64,000 bases of DNA from a bacterium (lineage in GTDB: Bacteria; Patescibacteriota; Minisyncoccia; Minisyncoccales; GWA2-46-15): the NCBI GenBank assembly GCA_030704795.1, contig JAUYCZ010000015.1:27540-91539 (forward strand), read 5' to 3'. Below are positions 46,377-55,664 of the stretch, piece after piece. The notes beneath the pieces were generated by a model. That model saw only the letters and a program-made list of their open reading frames with translations. It did not search any database and was not told where the DNA came from. How positions within the stretch are numbered: the first letter of the stretch is position 1; the number at the start of each line of letters is the position of its first letter. The translations under genes and the position numbers were made by a program.

Positions 46377-46772
46377 CATTAATTTTTCTAGGATTTGTTC
46401 AAAGAAATTTTTAGCTGGCTTGACCGGTTTTGCTTCGGGAGTTTCTTCCGGCGGCAAAACCGTGACCACCTTCTCGCCCGGTTTCTTCAACTGAAATTTC
46501 TCCCGGGCTTCTTTCTCTAAATAGCCTTCCTGGGAAGCCGAATTCAAACCAGATTTTAATTCTTCGTTCTTATTTTCCAGGAGAGCCATCTCTTTTCCCA
46601 GATCCTGAACCTTTGAGGCTAACTGCTGCCTTCTCTGGTTCATTTGCCAGTTAGAAAAGAATAAAAGTCCTCCGGCCAAAAGAAGAACAACCGCGAAAAC
46701 CACGGAAACAAGCCGGCCCCGGGAAGAATCAATCTTGTTTTTTTTTAGCCTGTATTTTGCTATCATAAGCAT
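46356..46772 (-). CDS. Septum formation initiator FtsB/DivIC-like
   Basis: TM + coiled coil + YLEKEAREKFQLKKPGE.VV. Confidence 0.85.
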   Translation of the reverse strand: MLMIAKYRLKKNKIDSSRGRLVSVVFAVVLLLAGGLLFFSNWQMNQRRQQLASKVQDLGKEMALLENKNEELKSGLNSASQEGYLEKEAREKFQLKKPGEKVVTVLPPEETPEAKPVKPAKNFFEQILEKLMAGLAQW

Positions 46773-46808
46773 AGCTTAGCCTTTTTGCTAAGCAAAAAGG
46801 TAAAGGAT

Positions 46809-46901
46809 ATGGCTAAAACTCTTTTTAAAGCCTTCTGGAAAATCGTGATTATTCTCGTCGCCCTCAGCACCGTCATTCTGCTGGTGGCGCCTTTAATCTA
46901 G
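46809..46901 (+). CDS. Small single-TM protein (30 aa)
   Basis: AAAGGA-ATG; MAKTLFKAFWKIVIILVALSTVILLVAPLI*. Confidence 0.55.
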   Translation: MAKTLFKAFWKIVIILVALSTVILLVAPLI

Positions 46902-46933
46902 CTTAATTTCTGGAAGCCGACAATATAATTCAG

Positions 46934-47635
46934 CTAACGCGGTTGTTTTTTGAAATACTCCGCCTCGTAGTGGTCGACAAGGTTTTTGACACCCTCGAGA
47001 TAAATTTCCTTTCGTTTTTCGACTTCTTTCTTCGACCATTCGAAATAGAAAGAAGAGCGGTTAATCAGTCTCATGAATTTGATAAAGAGCCGAGCTATCT
47101 GAACCAGGGGCCGGGAAATCCAGCCGTTCTTGGTAATCTCCCGAGCGGCCATTTCCACTCTCTCTAAAGACCAAAAATCGAGATTATCTACGTCTTTCAT
47201 GATTTTTGCCTCCAAATCTTTCGTCGGCCAAAACTGAAAACGGGAATGTTTTCTGATATTATATCTTATCGACTCGATGAGTGTTTTTTCAATATTTGAC
47301 TTTTTCGCTTCTCTGGTAAAAAGACGCATTGAGCCGATGCCTTCCCAAAGTATTTGATAAACGGCCGACAACCAGTGACGGGGAAATTGCCTTGACTTCC
47401 AGGCATCATGCCAGCAAATAGAAATCAAGAGTTCTTCAAAATCTATTCCCTCTTTATTGACTTCGTCATCCTCGCCTAAGAAGACATCGAGGTTGTCAAG
47501 TATTCTAAAGACGTGCCCTTCGTCGTGAAACGGATCAATGCTCTTTTCCATCATCCCGATTCCCTCTTGGCAAAATCTTAAAACCGGTTCCTCTAAAACA
47601 ATCTTGTTTTTGGATAAAAACTCGTTTAATCCCAT
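46934..47635 (-). CDS. HD-domain protein
   Basis: DPFHDEGHV.R, WHD, D.D.LD. Confidence 0.7.
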   Translation of the reverse strand: MGLNEFLSKNKIVLEEPVLRFCQEGIGMMEKSIDPFHDEGHVFRILDNLDVFLGEDDEVNKEGIDFEELLISICWHDAWKSRQFPRHWLSAVYQILWEGIGSMRLFTREAKKSNIEKTLIESIRYNIRKHSRFQFWPTKDLEAKIMKDVDNLDFWSLERVEMAAREITKNGWISRPLVQIARLFIKFMRLINRSSFYFEWSKKEVEKRKEIYLEGVKNLVDHYEAEYFKKQPR

Positions 47636-47636
47636 T

Positions 47637-49454
47637 TTAATCGCGTAACATTTCTAAAAAGACTTTTGGCGGTATGTGTAATTGGCCTTTTTCTTTCAGC
47701 TCTTGCTTGCCCTTTTTCTGTTTTTGCAAAAGCTTTAGTTTGCGGGTGTAATCTCCGCCGTAAAGCGGGGCGATGACGTCCCGGCCCTTGGCCGACAAAG
47801 TTTCCCGGGCAATGATATGAGAGCCAACCGCAGCCTGTAAAGCCACGGAAAAAAGTTGGCGGGGCAGGGCCTTTTTCAATTTTTGAACCTGTCTTTTGCC
47901 TTCTTCAAAAACCTTGTCCTCGGGAACAATCCGGGAAAAAGCCTCAAAATTCTTACCCGAAATCAAGATATCCAGCTTGACGAGTTGAGCCGGCCGATAG
48001 CCTAAAACCTGGTAATCCATTGAGGCAAAACCCGAGGTGGCATTCTTAATATTCTCATAAAGATTGGTAATAATCTCTCTGAGAGGCAGTTCGTAGGAAA
48101 TCAAAACCTTTTCCTGGCTGAGATGCTGCGTTTCCAGGTGTTTGCCGGAAAGCTTGCTTAAAACCTCAAAAATCCGACCGATAAAGCTTAGGGGCAAGGT
48201 GATCTTTAAAATCGTCCATGGTTCTCGAGTTTCCTGGATATCAAAAACCTCGGGCCAATCAGAAGCCGTGTAAATCTGCCTTTCCTGGCCCTTGCGGTCA
48301 ATGATTTTGTAAAGAACCGAGGGCGAAGAAATGACTAAATTCAGACCAAACTCCCGGGAAAGTCTTTCGGTAGTAATCTCGGTATGCAGCAGACCTAAAA
48401 AGCCGCAGCGGAAACCCCGACCCAAAATCTCTTTGGACTCGGGCTCAAAAAACAAAGAGGCGTCGTTGAGTTTCAGCTTGTTTAAAGCGTCTTGCAAAAG
48501 GTCAAACTCGTCAGGGTTTTCCGGATAGAAAGAGGCGAAAACCACCGGCTTTGGCTCTTGGTAACCCGGTAATGGTTCCATTCGTTCGTCGTTTTGGATT
48601 TTGGAATTTGGAATTTGGATTTTCGTAATGGTGTCGCCAACCCTTACTTTCCCCGGTTCCTTAATGCCCGTGGCCAGATAACCAATCTCGCCGCAGACTA
48701 AAGTCTCTGTTGACGCCATTTCTGGCTTGAAAAAGCCGATGTCGAGGACTTCGCCCGAGTTATTATTTGAGAACAAAAACATTTTTTCTCCTTTTTTAAT
48801 CTCGCCATCAACCACCCTGACGAAAGCGATGACGCCTCGGTGCTGGTCAAATTTAGAATCAAAAATGAGGGCCCGAAATGTTTTACCGAATTCACCTCTG
48901 GGCAACGGCACTCTCTCAATCACTGTTTTTAAAAGATTCTCAACGCCTTCGCCGGTCTTCGCCGAGATTAAAAAAATCTCTTTTGGATCGACGTCAATGA
49001 TTTTTAAAATCTCGTTCCGGGTTTCTTCAATCTTCGCTTGTAATGAGTCGATTTTATTTATAACCGGAATGATAGCCAGGCCTTGCTTTTGGGCCTGCTC
49101 CAAATTAGCAATCGTCTGCGCCTGCACTCCCTTGGTGGCGTCCACCAGCAGAACCGCCCCCTCAACCGCCGCCAGGCTTCTTGAAACTTCGTAGGAAAAA
49201 TCGGCGTGGCCGGGAGTATCAATCAGGTTTAAGGTATAACGCTTGTCGCCCATGGCGTAAGTCATCCTGACCGGCTGCATTTTAATAGTTATCCCCTTCT
49301 CTCTTTCTAAATCCATCATATCCAAGTATTGCGGCCGCATTTTCCCTTTGGCCACCGTCTCTGTTAATTCCAAAAACCGATCGGCCAGAGTCGACTTGCC
49401 CGCATCAATGTGCGCGATAATACAAAAATTTCTGATGAGAGTAAGGTCTTGCAT
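47637..49454 (-). CDS. lepA: Elongation factor 4
   Basis: RNFCIIAHIDAGKSTLADR, DTPGH, GFRCGFLGLLH, YGGD.TRK. Confidence 0.95.
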   Translation of the reverse strand: MQDLTLIRNFCIIAHIDAGKSTLADRFLELTETVAKGKMRPQYLDMMDLEREKGITIKMQPVRMTYAMGDKRYTLNLIDTPGHADFSYEVSRSLAAVEGAVLLVDATKGVQAQTIANLEQAQKQGLAIIPVINKIDSLQAKIEETRNEILKIIDVDPKEIFLISAKTGEGVENLLKTVIERVPLPRGEFGKTFRALIFDSKFDQHRGVIAFVRVVDGEIKKGEKMFLFSNNNSGEVLDIGFFKPEMASTETLVCGEIGYLATGIKEPGKVRVGDTITKIQIPNSKIQNDERMEPLPGYQEPKPVVFASFYPENPDEFDLLQDALNKLKLNDASLFFEPESKEILGRGFRCGFLGLLHTEITTERLSREFGLNLVISSPSVLYKIIDRKGQERQIYTASDWPEVFDIQETREPWTILKITLPLSFIGRIFEVLSKLSGKHLETQHLSQEKVLISYELPLREIITNLYENIKNATSGFASMDYQVLGYRPAQLVKLDILISGKNFEAFSRIVPEDKVFEEGKRQVQKLKKALPRQLFSVALQAAVGSHIIARETLSAKGRDVIAPLYGGDYTRKLKLLQKQKKGKQELKEKGQLHIPPKVFLEMLRD

Positions 49455-49474
49455 TTAAAGACGGGTCTTTTTAA

Positions 49475-50164
49475 TTAATTCGGTTTCCGTTTACTCAAAT
49501 ACTTTTTAATGAAGAGGGAAAATATTAAGCCGCTAACCAACAGAATTCCAAGCCATAAAATAAGACTGTTGCCAGAAGAAAAATCAACGTCTCTAAACAA
49601 AAAGGCAAAAACTAGATTAGAAACCGAGCTAAAAACCAGCGTAATTAAAAAGTATTTTCTAAAATCGATATTTGTCAATCCGGCGGCGTAAGAAATTACT
49701 TCGAATATGGCAAAACCAAATAATCTGCTCAGAATCAAAATCTGGGTACCGAATACACCAACAAAGTCATTAATCTCTGCCATTGTCTTTTCTCCCACCA
49801 ATCTTATGACCCATTTTCTCCCAAATCTCCGGCTGATGTAAAAATTAATAGCCGCGCTGACTGCGCTCGCCAAATAGAGGTAAAACATTGTTTGATAAAT
49901 TCCAAAGACGGCCACGCCCAATAAGACTCCGGGCGTTCCGGCAAGCGGCGCAAACACATGGGAAATAACAATGTAGAGAATTACTATTAGAGGAGCGGCT
50001 GGCCCAAGCGATTGAACAAATCTTCTAAAATCTTGTGAAGTAAGAATTGGTATTAATAATCCTAAAACTAAATAAAGAACTAGAATCACCAGCAGAATTT
50101 TAACTATTTCGTATAGTTTGTGTAATTTTTCGTTTCCGAGGTTCTTAAAACCAAATCTTACCAT
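49475..50164 (-). CDS. TVP38/DedA (VTT domain) membrane protein
   Basis: APL.G, F.ISR.FG, SYAAGLT. Confidence 0.8.
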   Translation of the reverse strand: MVRFGFKNLGNEKLHKLYEIVKILLVILVLYLVLGLLIPILTSQDFRRFVQSLGPAAPLIVILYIVISHVFAPLAGTPGVLLGVAVFGIYQTMFYLYLASAVSAAINFYISRRFGRKWVIRLVGEKTMAEINDFVGVFGTQILILSRLFGFAIFEVISYAAGLTNIDFRKYFLITLVFSSVSNLVFAFLFRDVDFSSGNSLILWLGILLVSGLIFSLFIKKYLSKRKPN

Positions 50165-50165
50165 T

Positions 50166-51476
50166 TTAAAAAGTTTGTTTTAATTTCTTCTTGAGAAAAA
50201 CCAAAAGAAGGGCGAACTGCAAAATTGAGGAAATCGAAAAAGCCAGGGCCAAGCTAAAAATCCCTAATTCGAACTTCAAAGAAACCAACAAAATCAAAAT
50301 GTTGGCAGAAAAAGAAACAAAAGAAATTAAAGCCGGGGTTTTTGCCTCCTGAAGAGCGAAAAACGCCCGGGTTAAAAGCGGAATCGCCGCCTGAGCAAAT
50401 AGAGAAAGCGAAAAAAGAAGAACCATTCGCGAGGTCATTTCAATTGCCGTTTGGTCAAAACGGCCGCCGCCAAAAAGCAGACCAACTATCTTCTCGCTGA
50501 AAAGAGTGAGAAATAAAGTTGCCAAAACGGCCAGAATAATGACCTGTTTTAACGCCGGCTTTAAATATTGTAAAAACTCTCCTTCATTTTTTTGCAAAGC
50601 CGCTCGGGACAGCCAGGGAAAAGCGGCTGTTCCAAAAGAAACGCCAACTAAACCGACGAAAAAACCTTGAAGATTGTTGGAAAAGTATAAAATCGCAATC
50701 GTGCCCGATCCTAAAAAAGAAGCCATGGCGGTAATTACCCATAAATTTAACTGCTGCAAAGCCACGGTCATCGTTCTTGGCCCCATCAGACCGAGAACCC
50801 TGCCCATTACTGGCTGCCTGAAAGATGAAAGAAAATCCGGTTTCCAGGAAAAACCGCACCAGATGGCCCCCAAAAATTGCGACAAAAAGTACAAAAAGGC
50901 GCCGCCGACCACCCCCAGGCCGACGCCAAAGATGCCAAAACGGGGCGCCAGAAAAAGAATGCCCCCGATGATGGAGAGATTGTAAATAACCGGCGCCAGG
51001 CCATAAACAAAAAAGCGGTTAAAATATTGGAGGACTCCGGAAAAAATATTGGCCAAACCAAAGAAAATCGGGCTCAAGAGAAGAAGTCTTATTAATTTTA
51101 AGGCCGAACTTTGGACTTCGACCGAAAAACCGGGAAGCAAAATCTTGACCAGCCAGGGACTCAATAAAAACAGCGACGACGACATTAAAACTAAAAACAC
51201 TAAAAGGGCGTTAAGAATATGATTAGCCGTTTCCCAGCCTTCTTTTTCGTCCCGGGCAAAAAACTCGGAGAAAAGAGGTAAAAAAGCGACGGCCAAACCG
51301 CCGGTAATTAAAAACGTGTAAACTAAATCCGGAATGCGAAAAGCGGCCGCATAAATATCAAGCTCGGGACCGACGCCAAAACGGCTGGCCAACAATCGGT
51401 CTCTTAAAATACCCAGAACCGCGCTTAAAAATGTCGAACCCGCCAAAATGGCGGCGGAAAAAGTTAGATTCTTCAT
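50166..51476 (-). CDS. murJ: Lipid II flippase
   Basis: LG.LRDRLLA..FG, AAFRIPD, AF.P, APV.YN. Confidence 0.9.
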   Translation of the reverse strand: MKNLTFSAAILAGSTFLSAVLGILRDRLLASRFGVGPELDIYAAAFRIPDLVYTFLITGGLAVAFLPLFSEFFARDEKEGWETANHILNALLVFLVLMSSSLFLLSPWLVKILLPGFSVEVQSSALKLIRLLLLSPIFFGLANIFSGVLQYFNRFFVYGLAPVIYNLSIIGGILFLAPRFGIFGVGLGVVGGAFLYFLSQFLGAIWCGFSWKPDFLSSFRQPVMGRVLGLMGPRTMTVALQQLNLWVITAMASFLGSGTIAILYFSNNLQGFFVGLVGVSFGTAAFPWLSRAALQKNEGEFLQYLKPALKQVIILAVLATLFLTLFSEKIVGLLFGGGRFDQTAIEMTSRMVLLFSLSLFAQAAIPLLTRAFFALQEAKTPALISFVSFSANILILLVSLKFELGIFSLALAFSISSILQFALLLVFLKKKLKQTF

Positions 51477-51548
51477 CTTTCCTCTTCTTTATCTTAATAT
51501 TTAACCCCGAAATTGACAAGAAACCGAGATTCTGTTAGAATTGAATCG

Positions 51549-51934
51549 TTCCAGCCAGTCGGGTAATCGCTCTGTCAGGCTAACCCCTGATAGGGAGGAA
51601 AGTCCGAACACCCTTTTCCGCCAGATGGCGGACCAAAAAAAGTAGCGGCTAACCGCCGTCCACCGTAAGGTGCGAGGTGCGAACAGAGACGTTCCGAAGC
51701 GAAAGCTGAGGAACGCCCGGTCGAATGATCGGGCGAGCCCTAAAGGCAACTTTAGGGGTGAAACGGCCAAATCCTTATCGGGCGCAAGAACAAAGCTCGT
51801 CGGAATTTCCCCGCGGAAAATCCTGAGGAGTTAAAAGTAGTTCGCTAGATCCCGAGGGCAACCGAGGGACCAGAGAAATGGTTACCGTCCCGCTTACAGC
51901 GGGATACAGAATTCGGCTTATAGACTGACTGGAA
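51549..51934 (+). ncRNA. rnpB: RNase P RNA
   Basis: GAGGAAAGTCCG, GGGGTGAAACGG, ACAGAATTCGGCTTA; terminal stem TTCCAGCCAGTC/GACTGACTGGAA. Confidence 0.95.
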
Positions 51935-51943
51935 ATCAAAGAG

Positions 51944-51966
51944 TCCCGCCCAAAGCGGGATTTTTT
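51944..51966 (+). terminator. rnpB terminator
   Basis: TCCCGC-CCAAA-GCGGGA-TTTTTT. Confidence 0.8.
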
Positions 51967-52001
51967 GATTGTAAAAAGTCGGACATCGCACGTCCGATCA
52001 T

Positions 52002-52160
52002 TAAGATTAACAGAAATCAAAAATGACAAGAAACAAGCGATCGCTTGTTTTTTGTTGTTTATGAAAGGGATTAGGTGTCTTTTTCCTAAATTCGCAAAAA
52101 TCGCGCCAAATTGAAGATTTGTTCGTAAATTTGTTCGGCGAAAAAAGGTGACAGTCACCT
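52002..52160. repeat. ~160-bp direct repeat, copy A
   Basis: Aligns by eye with 54232-54391; palindromes AAACAAGCGATCGCTTGTTT and AGGTGACAGTCACCT. Confidence 0.9.
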
Positions 52161-52173
52161 AAAAGAAAGCCAC

Positions 52174-52734
52174 TTAAAAAATCTTCTGTTTTGATTGTAC
52201 TAAAATAAAAGGTATTCGCGCAAAAGTTGCGCCTTCACAATCGGTTTTACTATCGGAAATCAAAACGCAATCCTTAAATTTTGATTTGATTTTCCTGAAA
52301 GGAATACCTGTTTTTTTGGAAAAACGGCAAGCCATTTTATCAATTGAATTTTCAAGATCAAAATATTTTGTTAAACCAAAACTTTTCAGTACATATAGAG
52401 TTTCCAGTCGTTGTCCGCCAGTTGCATAGACAAAACGATATTTATTTTTATTGGCAAAAATCCAATTTACTAAAGAATATTTTTTAAGCATTGGTAACTC
52501 GCCGTTTTTCAACAGAATAGAAAAAGATTGATTGTAAAAATCAGTGTATTTTTTCTTGCTCATTTTTTGGTTAGAAAATTTGAGAAAAATCTTGTATGTA
52601 TCGGAAATACCTAATAACTTCATTTGCTCAATATCTTTCTCAAATTTTCTATCGGTCATACACAAAAGCACCGATTTTTCAATCGGCCACATATTTGTAA
52701 TTGTTCCGTCAATATCGCAAATGATGGTTTTCAT
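52174..52734 (-). CDS. HAD-superfamily hydrolase (AT-rich)
   Basis: DIDGT, ATG, K, SDSKTD motifs. Confidence 0.8.
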   Translation of the reverse strand: MKTIICDIDGTITNMWPIEKSVLLCMTDRKFEKDIEQMKLLGISDTYKIFLKFSNQKMSKKKYTDFYNQSFSILLKNGELPMLKKYSLVNWIFANKNKYRFVYATGGQRLETLYVLKSFGLTKYFDLENSIDKMACRFSKKTGIPFRKIKSKFKDCVLISDSKTDCEGATFARIPFILVQSKQKIF

Positions 52735-52741
52735 AATTTCG

Positions 52742-52777
52742 AAAAAGTAAGGGGGTACATTACCGTACCCCCTGCTT
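52742..52777 (-). terminator. Intrinsic terminator after ATP-grasp-like gene
   Basis: AGGGGGTAC/GTACCCCCT then TACTTTTT. Confidence 0.75.
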
Positions 52778-52778
52778 C

Positions 52779-53684
52779 TTAATTGATCCGCAAGGGACCG
52801 TGAATGGAATTGTCATTGATGATTTCGCTCCGGCTATATTGCACATAGCCGGTGATCGGCTCATCGCCGATTGCAAAAATAATCAACTGACAATTATTCC
52901 CGTCTTGCTTCGTGGGACGCACGATGTCTTGGGCAAGAAGCGCTTCCTCTTTGTAGCACCGCTTGATAAACGGCGCTTTACCCGAGGGTTTGTTGAACAT
53001 GACGCTTTGACGCGCACGCTCACATTCTACGCTCCCCTTGTCGCAAAACTTGAGAACCACTTCTCGAGGGATTTCTTCCCACGAGTTGAAACGGCTAATG
53101 TAGTGTCGCGGAACTTTCACTAAATCGCCATTCCACTCCCGACTAAACACTCCGAGGTTGAGTTTGTCATCCAACCGAAGTCCATCGTAGGGCAGGACAT
53201 TCGGTTGATCTTTTGACCCAACTCGTCCGTAGACGTAAATTGGATCAACTCCGTTGTCGTTCCACTCGCAGACGCTGTGGCCGTGAAGACCCAAGTGAAC
53301 AAGCTCTGACACGAACAACTCAAGTTCGGGCAAGTACACCGTGCTCTTGCTCGCGAACCGCTTGGGGAAGATAAGCCGTGTTGGATCAACCGTGATTCCG
53401 CTCGCGCGAGCGAGGTTGAGTGCTGTACCCCAACCATCCACGAATGACGCATTGATTTCGAGTAGCCACAACTTCTGCTCATCGAAGTATGCATCAATTC
53501 GGTAGTACGGTGTTTGCTCCGTACCAACCGAAGTATTGAAACCAGACAAAAACTTTTTGAGTTCCTGTCTCGTCTCGCTAGAGATTACGACACCCCTGTT
53601 TGTCGTGGCATGGCGATTCTCGCCATAGATGATCGGAGCGACAGCGGACTCGTCCATGTCGAAGTCAGAGAAGTTGATTCTCAT
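52779..53684 (-). CDS. Putative circularly permuted ATP-grasp amide ligase (Gsp-synthetase-like)
   Basis: N-terminal YRID...LLEIN, DDK, VVLK, LAQD; AGGAGG SD. Confidence 0.55.
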   Translation of the reverse strand: MRINFSDFDMDESAVAPIIYGENRHATTNRGVVISSETRQELKKFLSGFNTSVGTEQTPYYRIDAYFDEQKLWLLEINASFVDGWGTALNLARASGITVDPTRLIFPKRFASKSTVYLPELELFVSELVHLGLHGHSVCEWNDNGVDPIYVYGRVGSKDQPNVLPYDGLRLDDKLNLGVFSREWNGDLVKVPRHYISRFNSWEEIPREVVLKFCDKGSVECERARQSVMFNKPSGKAPFIKRCYKEEALLAQDIVRPTKQDGNNCQLIIFAIGDEPITGYVQYSRSEIINDNSIHGPLRIN

Positions 53685-53735
53685 TTATGCCTCCTTTTTT
53701 AAAGAACTGTTTTTGCCGTTTTGTCGTGGGTAGGC

Positions 53736-53839
53736 AAATGAAAACCCCCCTCCAATCAAGGAGGAGGTTGGCCTTATGTTAAATCTTTAGAAATACATCA
53801 AGACAACCCTCTCCCCGCTTGGATAGAGTTGTGATGATG
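53736..53839 (-). promoter_or_regulatory. Putative His-codon transcription attenuator
   Basis: CAT CAT CAC 53839-53831; segments 53833-53821, 53816-53803, 53772-53760, 53753-53741 form 1:2, 2:3, 3:4 pairings, then a U-rich tract. Confidence 0.75.
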
Positions 53840-54124
53840 AGAATCCGATCTTCGCAGCATTAAACGATAGCCGCCCATTTTGCCGTTGAGCCACTTGGAA
53901 ACACGGGCCACCGTCGTCGAACTCAAGCCGGTTTTTCTTTCAATTTGAGAGTAGGGAATCTTTTGGTTCAACATTTGCGCCGCCCACCATCTTTTGCCAA
54001 ATTCAATAATTTCTTGCTCGGTCAGCAAATCGCGAAAAAACCGCTTGACCTCGTTTTGAGTTTTAAGCTTCAGCACCACCTTAAATAAATCTTCGGTTGT
54101 CTTATTCTCCCACTTTTCCATCAT
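53798..54124 (-). CDS. YerC/YecD TrpR-like repressor (HisR-type)
   Basis: FFRDLLT..EI....KRW.AA.ML, Y..I...TG.SSTTVARV.KWL. Confidence 0.9.
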   Translation of the reverse strand: MMEKWENKTTEDLFKVVLKLKTQNEVKRFFRDLLTEQEIIEFGKRWWAAQMLNQKIPYSQIERKTGLSSTTVARVSKWLNGKMGGYRLMLRRSDSHHHNSIQAGRGLS

Positions 54125-54128
54125 CTCT

Positions 54129-54191
54129 TACTTTATCTTAGTAAATCACTTTATCTAACTAAAGAGTAGCAAGAACAAGAAGCCCTGTCAA
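54129..54191 (-). promoter_or_regulatory. Sigma70 promoter overlapped by tandem HisR-like operators
   Basis: TTGACA 54191-54186, 17 bp, TG-C-TACTCT; boxes TACTTTATCTTAGTAAATCA (54129) and CACTTTATCTAACTAAAGAG (54147). Confidence 0.75.
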
Positions 54192-54231
54192 CCCCATGAC
54201 CAAAAAACTGTTGCTCATAATCTATAAACGA

Positions 54232-54391
54232 TAAGGTTAACAAAAATTCATAAATGACGAAAAACAAGCGATCGCTTGTTTTTTGTTGTTTATGAAAAGG
54301 ATTAGGTGTCTTTTTCCTAAATTCACAAAAATCGCGCCAAATTCACGATTTAAGAACAAATTTGTTCGGCGGGAAAAGGTGACAGTCACCT
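54232..54391. repeat. ~160-bp direct repeat, copy B
   Basis: See copy A. Confidence 0.9.
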
Positions 54392-54474
54392 TTTAATTAA
54401 GCCCCTATTATTACTGTTTTATTTTTTAACTCCATGATTCATCTTTTGTTGATTTAAACACGGCGTCTTCATAT

Positions 54475-55200
54475 TTAACCAAAACATCGTCGAAGAAAAT
54501 CAAGTTCTTCCCGATATACTTTTTGGCATGAATCAAATGCCCAAGGACTATGGTCTTGGCCAGGGAGAATTATGAATGGCTGACCTTTCTCTCCCACCTT
54601 AGCCATGACTTGTTCTCTCAAGTCTTTAGTGATAAATTTATCTTCTTCCCCGTAAACCAGATGGATGGCTCCTTTGTATTTTTCCAGACAGCCGAAAAAA
54701 TCCGCTTCTTTCACTTCTTGCCAAAATGTTCCTTTGTATTTCTGTCCATTCTCTTCATAGACAGCATCAACAACATTGTTAAATGTTGACTTGGGGTCCG
54801 GCACCCAAAGAAGCAGGCATTGAATTTTGTCTTTTAATTCTTCGCTGGCGCTGGCGATAACAACGCAGGCTCCGCCCATGCTTTGCCCTAAAAGAGTCAC
54901 CTTATAGTTATTGTCTAAAAACTTCTTGGCAAAATAGACTGTTGTCTTCGTCCATTCGTCAAATGAGGTGTTTAAAAAATCTCCTTCTGAATTTCCGCTA
55001 TTGGGTTGATCAAAACGCAACACCGAAAAACCGTTTTTCAATAAAAGACGTTCAAAATCAACAAAAATCCTCGATGGCCCAAGCGAGGAACCTCGGAAAC
55101 CGTGGCACATGATGACGATTTTCTTTTGCGGGTTTTCCGGTTCGGTCAGGATCGCAAAAATCTTTTTCCCATTGATTTTCTCGAAAAACATCTGTTTCAT
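54475..55200 (-). CDS. Alpha/beta hydrolase
   Basis: CHGF, RFD..NSG.SEG, GQSMGG, G..D, DH. Confidence 0.88.
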   Translation of the reverse strand: MKQMFFEKINGKKIFAILTEPENPQKKIVIMCHGFRGSSLGPSRIFVDFERLLLKNGFSVLRFDQPNSGNSEGDFLNTSFDEWTKTTVYFAKKFLDNNYKVTLLGQSMGGACVVIASASEELKDKIQCLLLWVPDPKSTFNNVVDAVYEENGQKYKGTFWQEVKEADFFGCLEKYKGAIHLVYGEEDKFITKDLREQVMAKVGEKGQPFIILPGQDHSPWAFDSCQKVYREELDFLRRCFG

Positions 55201-55205
55201 GATTT

Positions 55206-55664
55206 TTAAATTAATTTCTGCGCTCGGCCTTCTTGATCCAGGGCTTCATTGGCCAAGGCGTCGGCCATTTCGTTTTTCTCGCGGGGAATCAAGGTAAAAT
55301 TGATTTTTTTGTAATCAATTTTCAGATTCCAAACGGCCAAAAAAAGAGATTGGATTTTTGAATCTAAAACCTTATATTGGCCGCTCAGTTGGCTGATCAA
55401 TAATTCCGAGTCGGACCGGATCTCCACTTCGGCCTGAGCGGCCGCTTTGCCGCCAATCAGACTCTTGAACTTTTTGAGAGCAAAGACAACGGCCTGGTAT
55501 TCGGCCTGATTGTTGGTCGCTTCGCCAATGGTCTGGCCGTATTTCTTTAAAACGTGGCCCTTTTCGTCGGCCAAAACAACACCGATGGCGGAGGGTCCGG
55601 GATTGCCCCGTGAGCCGCCGTCGGTGAAAATGATTACTTTTGCTGGAAATATTTTGTCAGACAT
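55206..55664 (-). CDS. rnhA: Ribonuclease HI
   Basis: TDGGSRGNPG, TNNQAEY, SDSEL, N..AD.LAN. Confidence 0.92.
   Translation of the reverse strand: MSDKIFPAKVIIFTDGGSRGNPGPSAIGVVLADEKGHVLKKYGQTIGEATNNQAEYQAVVFALKKFKSLIGGKAAAQAEVEIRSDSELLISQLSGQYKVLDSKIQSLFLAVWNLKIDYKKINFTLIPREKNEMADALANEALDQEGRAQKLI

Noticed and set aside
51501-52158. Two minus-strand ORFs (89 and 127 aa)
   Set aside because: Overlap rnpB and the repeat
53757-53784. TTATGTTAAAT identical to a XerD arm (possible dif site)
   Set aside because: No XerC-like arm 6 bp away; lies within the attenuator
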